Source: Candidatus Omnitrophota bacterium
Lineage (GTDB): Bacteria > Omnitrophota > Gorgyraeia > B26-G9
DNA length: 64,000 nucleotides
Direction: 5' to 3'
NCBI GenBank assembly: GCA_043805415.1
Contig: JAZDHZ010000034.1
Span: 101,478 to 165,477 of the forward strand
The notes beneath the pieces were generated by a model. It searched no databases. It saw only the letters and a list, made by a program, of their open reading frames with translations, and was not told the origin of the DNA. A program made the position numbers and the translations under genes. Below are positions 9,201 to 17,668 of this stretch, piece after piece (position 1 is the first letter of the stretch; each line of letters begins with the position of its first letter).

Positions 9201-11184
9201 GAATCCTGATTTGGCGCAGGCCCTGCGGCAGGCATTAAAAAATTATCAGGTAGAATATGCCGGTAATGATGAGGAAAAAATCATTAATCCCAGCGGACTG
9301 GATAAAGATTTATTATATGCGAATGTGAATTTAATCCGCGAAAAATTACTTAACCTTGATTACCAACAGTTAATCAAGGAAAATTATCCTGCTTTGAATA
9401 ATAAACTTATTGCTGAGTATATGAACAGGTCGGGATGGTATTCCGCGGCAGTGCCAAATAAAATAGCGCAGACTTTGCTTAATATCGCGGTTTTACCTGG
9501 AAATCCAGAGTCTGTTATGGAAAGTCTTACCACTATTCTTGGCCACGACAACACTATTAGCGGGGAAAAGCGGGTATTATTAGATCAGGCGTTTGCCAAT
9601 GCCGCCGCGATTGCTCATGACTCGGTATTTAGAAAAGGAGATTTGTTTGTCTTAAACAAGTTTAATGATCCTGAAGCTAATCAGAAGGTGCTGTCTTTTG
9701 CCCGGTATATGGGAAATGGCAGAAAGGCGATGGTAATCAGTAATTTCAATGACTCGCGCATTAACGGAACCCTTTTGCTCAATCAGCATAATTTTGACAA
9801 AATATTTAATATCTCCAGCACTCCAGGCAGTTATTATGCTTTGATTGACAGGGTAAGCGGAGAAATATACCTGCGTGAAGGAAAAGATTTGATCGCGCAT
9901 GGTTTGTATTTTGATCTTCCGGCTCAGTCCACGCATGTTTTTATGGTTCAGAGTTTACAGGATAATACAGCCAATGTTTTGCGGTCTAAATGTAATTATT
10001 ATAATGGCAAATCTCTGCCGCTGGAAGAAATTCTTTCGCTATTAAATAATTTTGGGCTGACTTTGGATTTTCCCTGTGTGGGAAAAACAGCGCGGGCTTT
10101 TGTTCTCCAGGGTCTTTTAAACAATGTTCCGGCAAATCAATTGATCCAGGCTTTTAAAAACAATCCGGAAATCAAGATAATCGAATTTGGGTTAAACCCG
10201 GCGGAAATCGCCGCTGAGATTAGCAAATTAGCGCAAGAGTATCAAGCTGATAAGCAAGTTCAGGCTTTATGCCAGGGCCTGCGGTTTTTAAATCAAAGAG
10301 GAGCATTAAATGAAATAAATCTTGTCCTGGTTTTAAATCAGGACAAAACATCAGTTGAGGCTGTTCAGTATTTTGATCATGGTTCAAAAAGCAGGAAAAG
10401 TTATTTGTATGTTAATTTGTCGCGGCTGAATCTGGATTCAAATAATAATTCTGAAACTAAACTTTCCGCCGCGTTAATAATCGGCGCGCGGATATCACGC
10501 CAAGGGTCGATCGCGGATTATGAATTAAGCCGAACCCTTAAAGCATTTTTAGCGCTTTGGGCGCGAGACGACGCGACTTTGCCAGGGTTAATCGACAGTG
10601 AACACAAAAGGATAAAAGGCATGTTGGAATATCTTGAAACAAATCTTAATTCAGTAATAGATGAATGGAAGCTGCCGTTTCATTATAACCTGGGACATGA
10701 TACGCTGTTAAGCCACTCTTTAAGGCGCGTAGTCATGGATTTGTTTTTAAAACAAAATACTGATAATCAAGTCAGTTTAGCCACTGTGCATAATTTTGCT
10801 TATTTCTTGGCGTATTATTTGGCTGATTCCGGACAGGCAGATAAGCTTCGCGATATTTTGCTTCAAGGATTTTCTGGAAAAAAAGCATCTTTTTATGAAC
10901 AATATTTTCTTACCAGCTTTATCTCCGGAGCACTGGTTTTAAGGGACAGCAGCATAGACGCGATTTTTATTGATTTACTGGAAAATCCTTTGCCGCAAAC
11001 GGATCTTGCCTTGCGGGAAAAAATTATAAAAACAATGTGCGGTCTAAACCGTTTTGATTTAAAATTAAACAAAATCTCAGTCAAAGAGTTGGGGGCGGTT
11101 CTCCAATCCGGCAAAGCTATTGAATCACTTCCTGAGGCAACAGTCGCGATCAGGCAGTATCAGGCGATTGGACAGGCGATTTAA
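6256..11184 (+). CDS. giant secreted protein (1642 aa): an N-terminal GH77 4-alpha-glucanotransferase (amylomaltase-type) catalytic domain fused to a C-terminal region of about 900 aa with unknown function
   Basis: Signal peptide. GH77 signatures: GDIPFYV, GAPPDQYDREYGQNWGGTPY, GIRIDHFRAL, AEDLGS and GTHDTQT. The C-terminal two-thirds has no recognisable motif. The C-terminus ends in the conserved IGQAI. Confidence 0.8.
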   Translation: MFFRKRNSYRVKITTFIILQCFIIINSQSIFAQEQRIVLSRQQTSTLSPHLSIGMNLIQAIFSEKSQQPIAASNLPGTLISLRDTGSIKELLSGKDVFLNDLWARKTLGVPTAISSLRSEDNNFDLWDWGKGDMGESSRQHILWLAKNGFSRWMRLPNRKTRALFGDPSPYASRSAFAGEDSDIAVPEVEEFINSKQAQAWYEQNKNRIKDLHNANRVNGMEVARLKNEALWLAMEYFKENHLNKNTSRGKAFDSFLNDKDNDWVSEYAEYMAISEYYWDTKKAVFFEINEDIWSNIDQKLKGLVHDLNVAISTDKIKDVGRLYEMIDDFFAQYYQNSIVANETDIFRLNIYQSLLDKIKQGILKDLVRGNIKSLVEADEPECAKILLDGYERSKQAFRYDIKDAIGQECMADWRNWDNAGLVERDPIVLAQFREKLEDKILFHKYAQFIFNEQEKNMKEFANSNGIAIEGDIPFYVSTISCETWVYKDKIFRLDPKNRYQQMADSGAPPDQYDREYGQNWGGTPYYINAAFKQFFYKRTKHELKNADGIRIDHFRALNDFWVIPHGKLGRDGKFEDGPKDELLQPLLNLALGQFKRFFAEDLGSYLEGVWDLMRDNEVKGFRVAIFGHGDDDDIVHRQYSGQIAFSGTHDTQTWFGAWNQWDSVKRRIFLDRFTHDDIPEIWQRLTSEQRKGFLKYLNYLVKQLKADTANINKHSEFQSESKDFFTENNFKTQLKKVRVITRSLVDLEELPFGVQTAVFGILAFSEADTVFLPMQDIFRQGEEFRINVPGRPGDWGYRHPYTGQELNKAINEEIKKADELMRLLAQTSGRDVSVPLYKKGQGVHILGVSPGVNAKKMCKPGEEFIIWAAVQGDKPAKVNLLTNMPEHNGAYPKEQAVAMELVKELKSGTYLYGVRIRATQPGKWGVAVEADNVRAGEVKENTSLVVSALDKIAPLAKEQEAVLRIAAGISKEKLQRILNELNPDLAQALRQALKNYQVEYAGNDEEKIINPSGLDKDLLYANVNLIREKLLNLDYQQLIKENYPALNNKLIAEYMNRSGWYSAAVPNKIAQTLLNIAVLPGNPESVMESLTTILGHDNTISGEKRVLLDQAFANAAAIAHDSVFRKGDLFVLNKFNDPEANQKVLSFARYMGNGRKAMVISNFNDSRINGTLLLNQHNFDKIFNISSTPGSYYALIDRVSGEIYLREGKDLIAHGLYFDLPAQSTHVFMVQSLQDNTANVLRSKCNYYNGKSLPLEEILSLLNNFGLTLDFPCVGKTARAFVLQGLLNNVPANQLIQAFKNNPEIKIIEFGLNPAEIAAEISKLAQEYQADKQVQALCQGLRFLNQRGALNEINLVLVLNQDKTSVEAVQYFDHGSKSRKSYLYVNLSRLNLDSNNNSETKLSAALIIGARISRQGSIADYELSRTLKAFLALWARDDATLPGLIDSEHKRIKGMLEYLETNLNSVIDEWKLPFHYNLGHDTLLSHSLRRVVMDLFLKQNTDNQVSLATVHNFAYFLAYYLADSGQADKLRDILLQGFSGKKASFYEQYFLTSFISGALVLRDSSIDAIFIDLLENPLPQTDLALREKIIKTMCGLNRFDLKLNKISVKELGAVLQSGKAIESLPEATVAIRQYQAIGQAI

Positions 11185-11185
11185 T

Positions 11186-14100
11186 ATGTCAGGAATTTTT
11201 AAAACTAAAATTTTAAATAGATTTCTCTGTCTGGTTATTTTGCAGATATTTCTTGTTTCCAATTTTTCCTGGGCCGCGGATGATTTGCGCGCGAATGATT
11301 TAGTTTATTCCAGCGCAACGCTTTCTCCTTCGCTTCAAATCAGCGCTGATGCGCTAAAACAATATTTTGCCCAATCCTTTGATTTAAAAACCGCGGCAAA
11401 TATAGATCCGGTTATAAAAGATATTTGCTTAGAGCTGTATAAGGCCAAGGATAAAACCACAAAAATAGAAGTTCTGGCCCTTGAGCAAGGCTATAGAGTA
11501 AAGATCAGGACTCAGAGCAATACGCCGCTTGTTTTACATTGGGGGTTTAATAATTGGCAAAAGCCTTTTAAGGAAATCTGGCCCCAGGCAGAGAATATCC
11601 GCACTTATTTTGATGAGCAGACCAAAGCAATGCGGACCATAGTCGAGGCTTCAGCTGAGGGAGATTATGTTTTTAATATTGATATCCCCTGGGAATTAGT
11701 TTCAGGAATAAACAATATTGATTTCACCTTCTTTTGCCCAGAAACCAAAGAATATAAGAAAGCAATTGAAAATAAGGATTATGTTGTGCCGGTTTCTAAT
11801 GTCTTGAACCTGGCCTTGGCGCGCTTGGCTGAAAATGCCGGGGCAGATGATCCTGAAAAAAAGCACGATCTGCTTAATTTGATAAACAAAAGGCTGGCTG
11901 CGGCCAAAGATTCAGCGGAAATAGATGAAAACAATATTCCTTTGTTTTATGACGCGCATGAAAATATTATTACCCAGATTGTGAAAAACAAAGCAGGAAT
12001 CAGAATTGATTTCTGGGTTGTAAGTAATGAGCCGCTGGTTTTACATTGGGGAATAAATGATTGGCAGTTGCCGCCAAAAAGCATTTGGCCGGACCGGACA
12101 TTATATAAAACCCGGGCTTATGAAAAAAAAGCAGTGCAAACTCAGATGCATTTGGCTTCTAAAGACGGTTTGTACCAGACCTCGATTTACATCCCTAACC
12201 AGAATTTAAAAGAAGTTAAAAACATCAAGTACAATGTACATTATCCAAATAATGGGTATTGGGATAATAATAATGAAGAGGATTATAGTTTATCGCTGCA
12301 AGCCCAGGATCTTATAGCCGCTTTGCTGCCTTACGCGACAGGCAGATTCGCTGCCCACATAAACGCCAAACAAGCTCGCGGCTTGTTAAAGAACATGGCG
12401 TTTTTCTACGCTGAGAATATGAATTACACTGATTTGTTAAAGCTTTTTCAGGGGATGGAAGGCATTGCCCCTGGGGATGATCTTGAAAAAAAAGATGTTT
12501 TGGGATTAATCCTTATTGCCAAATTAATGAACGAAGGCGCGGTTTGGGATAGTGACAAAGCTAAGATTATTATCAGTAAACAAAAGATCAGCGCCGCGAT
12601 AGCGGAGTTGATTGATAAACTTGACCCCTTAAGTGTGCAGTGGGCATTATATATATTCGGACTGCTTGACCCTTCCTGGGTCTCAATCCTTACGCATCAG
12701 CTTGATTATAAGCAGATATACCAGGATGTGCAAAACAGCAAGATCAAAGACCTGCCGAAATTTATCCAAGGGATAATCAACAGTTATGATGATTTGGAAG
12801 GAGCGCCGCAGGTTCTTTCCGCTGAGAGTATTGATGAAACCTGCCTGATCATAAAATTGAAATTCAATGATCAGATCATCAGTACAAAATGGGGCTATCC
12901 GACAAAACAGCAAAAGTATTATTATCAAAATGGGATTTTTGAACTAAGAGATTTCGGGGGAAATGAATTTTCGCCGGTAGGCCGTAAGCTTTCGCGTTAT
13001 GTGGATAAAGAAGTGATAAAAACCCAGATCTCCAGGCTGCGTGGCAAAGGCAAAAAGGCGATTGTTGACGGAATTTCCTGGCAGTCTCCGGAAGCGCTTA
13101 ATTCGGATAATTATATGTATTATCATCATAGTCTGCTGGAAAAAGACGCGGATGTCAGGAATTTATTGCTTTCCCGTGGTTCTTCCACGATCTTAGAACT
13201 TCCGGACGGGAAAAAAGCCTGGGTATTTCATCGGCCTGATTCATCAGATCAGCTTTCGCCTAATCTTAAATTCGGAACAAAGGCAGCGGAATACTGGAGA
13301 AATTATTGGCTGGAGTATTATAAATATTTTATCAATGAATTTGACGTGGATGGATTCAGGGTGGATTTACCCGGAGAGTTGAATCATCATGGAGATTATT
13401 CGGTATTTAAGAGTGTTTGTTTTGATATAGTGCGGTACGCGGCGGCAAAAGGCAAAAAAATATATTTTATTTTAGAAACATATCATGGGTACGCGAATAT
13501 CTGGGGCTGGGATGAGTTTTCCGCGTTAAATCATGATCCGCAGATAGCGCAATACGGCTATAAACCTTTCCGCTGTTATTATAAGCCGGTAATGACCAGT
13601 ATTTACCGCGGCAGCGCGTTTGATCTAAGAGCTGCTTTTGAACGCATAGCCGGCAGTGTTCAGGAATTGGTTATTTCAATTACTAATTTTGACGAGAAAA
13701 AAGCCGAGGATATTATTCCTGAAAAACAAAGGCTTAAGCGTTATATGGAGCTTTTGTATAATTTTGCCCGCGCGGGATTTGATGTAATGATTTATTTACG
13801 GGATTTAGGTCTGGGCGATATTTTGCCGATGTGCGGCGGAGATCGGGTTCTCTGGGGCGGAAAGCTGAGGGTTGTGGCGCATAAGCCGGCTACTCCGCGT
13901 CAGTTTCGGCAGAGATTGGAGCAAAGCACAGGCGATTTGCTTGAACAATCTCCTTTATATCAGGCGTTTAAAAAATCGCCGCAAAGCCCCTTATCGCGGC
14001 TGTTCTTCCGCGGCAATAAGTTAGTTTTTTATCAGCCGGGAAAAACTCCGGAAGTGTTTGATCTGGATAAGATGGCTAAGCCTGCTCCACCGGTAAAAGT

Positions 14101-15142
14101 TATGGACAGTGAGGAGGATATAAATATTTGGCTGCAGCAGCAGGTTTATTCATTAACAAATAATGAGCCGCAAACCCAAGCCTTAAGAGAAATTGAAAAT
14201 ACTTTAAAACGATTTAAGCATAGTGCAAGTGCAATGGCGGGAAAAGCTGTTTTGGCTCTGGTCTGTTCTGAGACTAAGAATTTCGCGGTTTGGGATCAGG
14301 CAAAAGGCCAAACTCAATGCCTGCGCATGCCGGTAAATAAAGTATTGGCCATAAAAAATGACCATGCTTTTGTTGTGGATATTAAACAAGCTGGCAAAAG
14401 CGAATCCCGCAGAATCCCGGCGCTGCAAATCAAGCAAAGCGGCAAATATTTGGCAATGGTTTTTGGCTTGGCTCCGGGTAAATACAGGTTTAATTTTTTG
14501 TGGCAGGAAAAACATGAAAACCAGGGCTGGGAAGAAGGCAATGGCTATGAGCTTGAAGTCAGTTCTCCGAAGACCGGGCAACCAGAGCTGGCGGTCTATA
14601 TCCCGCGTTTATCCGCTGAATATTTAAGGGATTGGGATGAAATGTTTTATCAGGCAAAAGATGCTGGCCGCAATCTGCTGACCGGAGATATGCTTACAAA
14701 GGGAATGCTTGAAAATATAGAATCCTCGATTGATTTTACCCTGCGTTATGAGTATGGCCGGGAGATTTTAGAACAAATTAAAGACAAAAAGAAAAAGCAG
14801 GTTTTCAATATTTTATATAATCAAATTTCGCAAAACCCGCGAGGCCGATACAGTTTACTGCATCATCACCATGAAAAAGATTTTTTTAAATTAGCGGAAA
14901 CTGTGCTTGAGAGTATCCCGGGTTTAGCAAGACCAGAGGCAGCCCCAATATGGCAATATTTGGACGCGCTCAAACAAGCGGATAATCCTGACCAAGGAGA
15001 ACAAAGCCAAATAGCCGTAAATATAAAACTGCTTGGTTTTATGTCTGGTTTGTTCGCGCAGATCGAAGCCCTGTCCGCGGCTAAACCCCTTGAGCTTTGG
15101 CTTAATATTGAAGCGGAGTTTTTGATTGGACAGGCAATATAG
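11186..15142 (+). CDS. giant secreted protein (about 1318 aa) with two tandem starch-binding-like repeats (LHWG(F/I)N(N/D)WQ motif, CBM45/CBM25-like) and a GH13-like region (DVDGFRVDLPGE, ILETYHGY); putative alpha-glucan-active enzyme
   Basis: The start is the ATG at 11186, 2 nt after the stop of the previous gene. The listed ORF start at 11120 overlaps that gene and has no RBS. Motifs were recognised by eye. The C-terminus ends in LIGQAI. Confidence 0.5.
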   Translation: MSGIFKTKILNRFLCLVILQIFLVSNFSWAADDLRANDLVYSSATLSPSLQISADALKQYFAQSFDLKTAANIDPVIKDICLELYKAKDKTTKIEVLALEQGYRVKIRTQSNTPLVLHWGFNNWQKPFKEIWPQAENIRTYFDEQTKAMRTIVEASAEGDYVFNIDIPWELVSGINNIDFTFFCPETKEYKKAIENKDYVVPVSNVLNLALARLAENAGADDPEKKHDLLNLINKRLAAAKDSAEIDENNIPLFYDAHENIITQIVKNKAGIRIDFWVVSNEPLVLHWGINDWQLPPKSIWPDRTLYKTRAYEKKAVQTQMHLASKDGLYQTSIYIPNQNLKEVKNIKYNVHYPNNGYWDNNNEEDYSLSLQAQDLIAALLPYATGRFAAHINAKQARGLLKNMAFFYAENMNYTDLLKLFQGMEGIAPGDDLEKKDVLGLILIAKLMNEGAVWDSDKAKIIISKQKISAAIAELIDKLDPLSVQWALYIFGLLDPSWVSILTHQLDYKQIYQDVQNSKIKDLPKFIQGIINSYDDLEGAPQVLSAESIDETCLIIKLKFNDQIISTKWGYPTKQQKYYYQNGIFELRDFGGNEFSPVGRKLSRYVDKEVIKTQISRLRGKGKKAIVDGISWQSPEALNSDNYMYYHHSLLEKDADVRNLLLSRGSSTILELPDGKKAWVFHRPDSSDQLSPNLKFGTKAAEYWRNYWLEYYKYFINEFDVDGFRVDLPGELNHHGDYSVFKSVCFDIVRYAAAKGKKIYFILETYHGYANIWGWDEFSALNHDPQIAQYGYKPFRCYYKPVMTSIYRGSAFDLRAAFERIAGSVQELVISITNFDEKKAEDIIPEKQRLKRYMELLYNFARAGFDVMIYLRDLGLGDILPMCGGDRVLWGGKLRVVAHKPATPRQFRQRLEQSTGDLLEQSPLYQAFKKSPQSPLSRLFFRGNKLVFYQPGKTPEVFDLDKMAKPAPPVKVMDSEEDINIWLQQQVYSLTNNEPQTQALREIENTLKRFKHSASAMAGKAVLALVCSETKNFAVWDQAKGQTQCLRMPVNKVLAIKNDHAFVVDIKQAGKSESRRIPALQIKQSGKYLAMVFGLAPGKYRFNFLWQEKHENQGWEEGNGYELEVSSPKTGQPELAVYIPRLSAEYLRDWDEMFYQAKDAGRNLLTGDMLTKGMLENIESSIDFTLRYEYGREILEQIKDKKKKQVFNILYNQISQNPRGRYSLLHHHHEKDFFKLAETVLESIPGLARPEAAPIWQYLDALKQADNPDQGEQSQIAVNIKLLGFMSGLFAQIEALSAAKPLELWLNIEAEFLIGQAI

Positions 15143-15160
15143 ACTTAGGTTTGTTTTTGT

Positions 15161-15937
15161 TTGCATTCCGCGCTAGAACTATTTATAATAGTAAACATGT
15201 CAAATTCTTCTGAGAAAAAACTGATTCCTTTTCCGATTTTAATCATCTCGATTTCCGTCGGGGTGCTGGGCGTGCTCCTGGCTTTTGATCTGCCGCCGGT
15301 GAGCGCTTATGAGCGGCAGCTGCTAAAAGACTTGATCCTGATCCTGCTATTTATAATCTTTTCCTATTTTATTCTGCGCGCACCAATTAAAAAAATCAGA
15401 GAAAAAATTTTTACAATCGTAAATAATAAGCTTTTTGATTCAAAGAAAATCACGGCCTTAATTCCCGAGGATTTTGCTCAGGAGATAGTCAAAGAAAAAG
15501 GATTCGCGTTTTGCTATCCAAAGACTTGGTTTCTTACCGCTGCCTGCGAACCTGGTTTGTATAAAGAAGCCAGAGAACAGCTGCTTGAGCCGGGGATCAG
15601 CGGAACAAGAAATTTTAATATTTCTTATCATGATATCCGGCTTGCTCCGGACCTGGAGAAAATGTTTAAAGCGATTATTAATGCCGTGCTCGAGGTTTTA
15701 AAATCCTCGAAGCTTGAGTTTAAGCAGAGCTTTAAGAATGATCAATTTCTCGGCATGCGCTATAAAGTAGTTTATCGAAATGCGCAAGGATTAGACTTGG
15801 CTTGCTACCAAGTGGTGCTTACAAACCAGCATAAGCGGAATATGCTGATCTTTACCTTTACTTCCCAGACAAATGATTTTGATAAATCAAAGCCTTTATT
15901 TGATAAAATCGCCGGTCTGGCAAAAATCTTCGATTAA
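15161..15937 (+). CDS. hypothetical membrane protein. The true start is possibly the ATG at 15197 (MSNSSEKK).
   Basis: Two predicted TM helices after the N-terminus; no recognisable domain. Probably co-transcribed with the upstream giant genes. Confidence 0.4.
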   Translation: MHSALELFIIVNMSNSSEKKLIPFPILIISISVGVLGVLLAFDLPPVSAYERQLLKDLILILLFIIFSYFILRAPIKKIREKIFTIVNNKLFDSKKITALIPEDFAQEIVKEKGFAFCYPKTWFLTAACEPGLYKEAREQLLEPGISGTRNFNISYHDIRLAPDLEKMFKAIINAVLEVLKSSKLEFKQSFKNDQFLGMRYKVVYRNAQGLDLACYQVVLTNQHKRNMLIFTFTSQTNDFDKSKPLFDKIAGLAKIFD

Positions 15938-16038
15938 ATTTAAATCCGCGGGAACTTTTTGTTTAAAAATTTGTCTAACTATATACAGAGGAAATGAGCC
16001 GGATTAAGGTCAGAGTTTAAGAATTAAAGGAGGCAAAG

Positions 16039-17487
16039 ATGAAGAAAATTCTGGTTTTATTAAGCTTTTGTTTATTGGTTAATCTGAACGCGAATGCGAT
16101 TGCTTTGGCTGGCGAAGAGACAAGCACGGCTTTAGATCAAAAACAAGTGGCGATTACGATTTACAATAATAACCTGGGCTTAGTTAAAGATGTGCGGGAG
16201 ATTAAATTAAGTTCCGGCGTGCATGATCTGAAATTCATGGATGTGGCCAGTCAAATCAGGCCGGTGACAGTGAATATAAAATCATTATCCGCGCCGGATA
16301 AACTCTCTGTGCTTGAGCAGAATTATGAATATGATCTATTGAACGCGCAAAAACTTTTGGATAAATATGTGGGCAAACAGGTAAAACTATTGGATAAAAA
16401 TTATTATACCGGTAAAGAAGAAATAGTAACCGCCGAGCTTTTAAGTAATAATGGTTCGCCAATATACAAAATTAATAATGAGATCCAGGTTAATCCTTTG
16501 GGCCGGATAATTCTCCCGGAGATTCCGGATAACTTAATTGCCAAGCCCACGCTGATCTGGATGTTGAAAAACAGCAATCCCAAGCAGCAGGATATTGAAG
16601 CCTCGTATTTGACTAATGGGATTAACTGGAAGGCTGACTATATCGCGGTGATTAATCAGGATAATACAATCGCGGATTTAAGCGGCTGGGTTACGATTGA
16701 GAATAATAGCGGAGCAACATATAAAAATGCTCAGATAAAACTGGTTGCCGGAGATGTAAACCGGGTGCAGGAAGATCGGGGTTATGCTGGCCGGGCAAAG
16801 GCAAGCAGGATGATGGAACAAGACGCGGTGAAAAGCTTTGCCGAAGAAGCGTTTTTCGAATATCATTTATATACATTGCAAAGACAATCGACAATTAAAG
16901 ATAATCAAACCAAGCAGCTCGAATTATTAAAAGCAATGGATATTCCGATCAATGAAAAATTGATTTATTATGGAGCGGATTATTATTTCCGCAACCAGTA
17001 TACCGGACAGGCGCAGTCAAAGGAAAAAATCGGGGTGTTTTTGGAAATTGAAAATAAGCAGAAAAATAATTTAGGCATGCCGCTTCCGGCCGGAGTTATC
17101 CGCGCTTATAAAAAAGATAAAGAAGGCAGTCTGCAATTTATCGGAGAAGATAAAATCGATCATACTCCTAAAGATGAGAAAATCACAATTAAAATGGGCG
17201 ATGCTTTTGATGTAGTTGGAGAAAGAAAACAGCTGGAGTATCGGATTCTTTCAAAAAACGCCGCGCAGCGTTTTGATACAGAGCAGCAATGGCAGATCAA
17301 GCTGCGCAATCACAAGGAAAAACCAGTGGAAGTGGAAGTTGTTGAGCCGATTCCCGGAGACTGGCAAATAGTTAATGCTTCGGAAAAATATATTAAAACC
17401 GAAGCCAATACCATTAAATTTGTGGTAAAATTAAATAAAGATGAAGAAAAAACAATTGATTATCAAGTAAAAATCAGATACTGGTAA
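16039..17487 (+). CDS. secreted DUF4139/DUF4140-family protein (TIGR02231-like)
   Basis: AAGGAGG RBS and signal peptide. The N-terminal block VAITIYNNNLGLVKDVREIKLSSGVHDLKF resembles the DUF4140 N-terminal signature. Confidence 0.45.
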   Translation: MKKILVLLSFCLLVNLNANAIALAGEETSTALDQKQVAITIYNNNLGLVKDVREIKLSSGVHDLKFMDVASQIRPVTVNIKSLSAPDKLSVLEQNYEYDLLNAQKLLDKYVGKQVKLLDKNYYTGKEEIVTAELLSNNGSPIYKINNEIQVNPLGRIILPEIPDNLIAKPTLIWMLKNSNPKQQDIEASYLTNGINWKADYIAVINQDNTIADLSGWVTIENNSGATYKNAQIKLVAGDVNRVQEDRGYAGRAKASRMMEQDAVKSFAEEAFFEYHLYTLQRQSTIKDNQTKQLELLKAMDIPINEKLIYYGADYYFRNQYTGQAQSKEKIGVFLEIENKQKNNLGMPLPAGVIRAYKKDKEGSLQFIGEDKIDHTPKDEKITIKMGDAFDVVGERKQLEYRILSKNAAQRFDTEQQWQIKLRNHKEKPVEVEVVEPIPGDWQIVNASEKYIKTEANTIKFVVKLNKDEEKTIDYQVKIRYW

Positions 17488-17508
17488 GAAAACGTAGGGC
17501 CACGGCGT

Positions 17509-17531
17509 GACGTGGCCGTATCATTAACCAT
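17509..17531 (+). terminator. terminator-like hairpin GGCCACG-gcgtga-CGTGGCC after the DUF4139 gene, with no clean U-tract
   Basis: Perfect 7-bp GC-rich inverted repeat 22 nt after the stop codon. Confidence 0.4.
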
Positions 17532-17590
17532 AATTATTATATCCGTACCCACCATATATTGTGTTTAAAAAGTTTTTTTTAGCAAATATG

Positions 17591-17619
17591 TTGCATATAT
17601 TGCGTTAATCTGATATAAT
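17591..17619 (+). promoter_or_regulatory. sigma70-type promoter TTGCAT-17nt-TATAAT upstream of smc
   Basis: Near-consensus hexamers with 17-nt spacer, 50 nt upstream of the smc start. Confidence 0.6.
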
Positions 17620-17668
17620 TTTTCCATGCAAGGGATTGCCCCTGCTTAAGATAATATAGGGATATAAA

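Noticed and set aside
11120-11184. 64-nt overlap between the two giant ORFs (6256..11184 and 11120..15142), which might suggest a frameshift or fusion
   Set aside because: The second gene has a clean ATG at 11186, 2 nt after the first gene's TAA, and it begins a signal peptide (MSGIFKTKILNRFLCLVILQIFLVSNFSWA). The upstream extension has no RBS and is just open frame.
11186-15142. Firm assignment of the LHWG repeats to CBM45
   Set aside because: CBM45 is described essentially from eukaryotic enzymes and the comparison is from memory of motifs only. It is kept as starch-binding-like pending profile searches.
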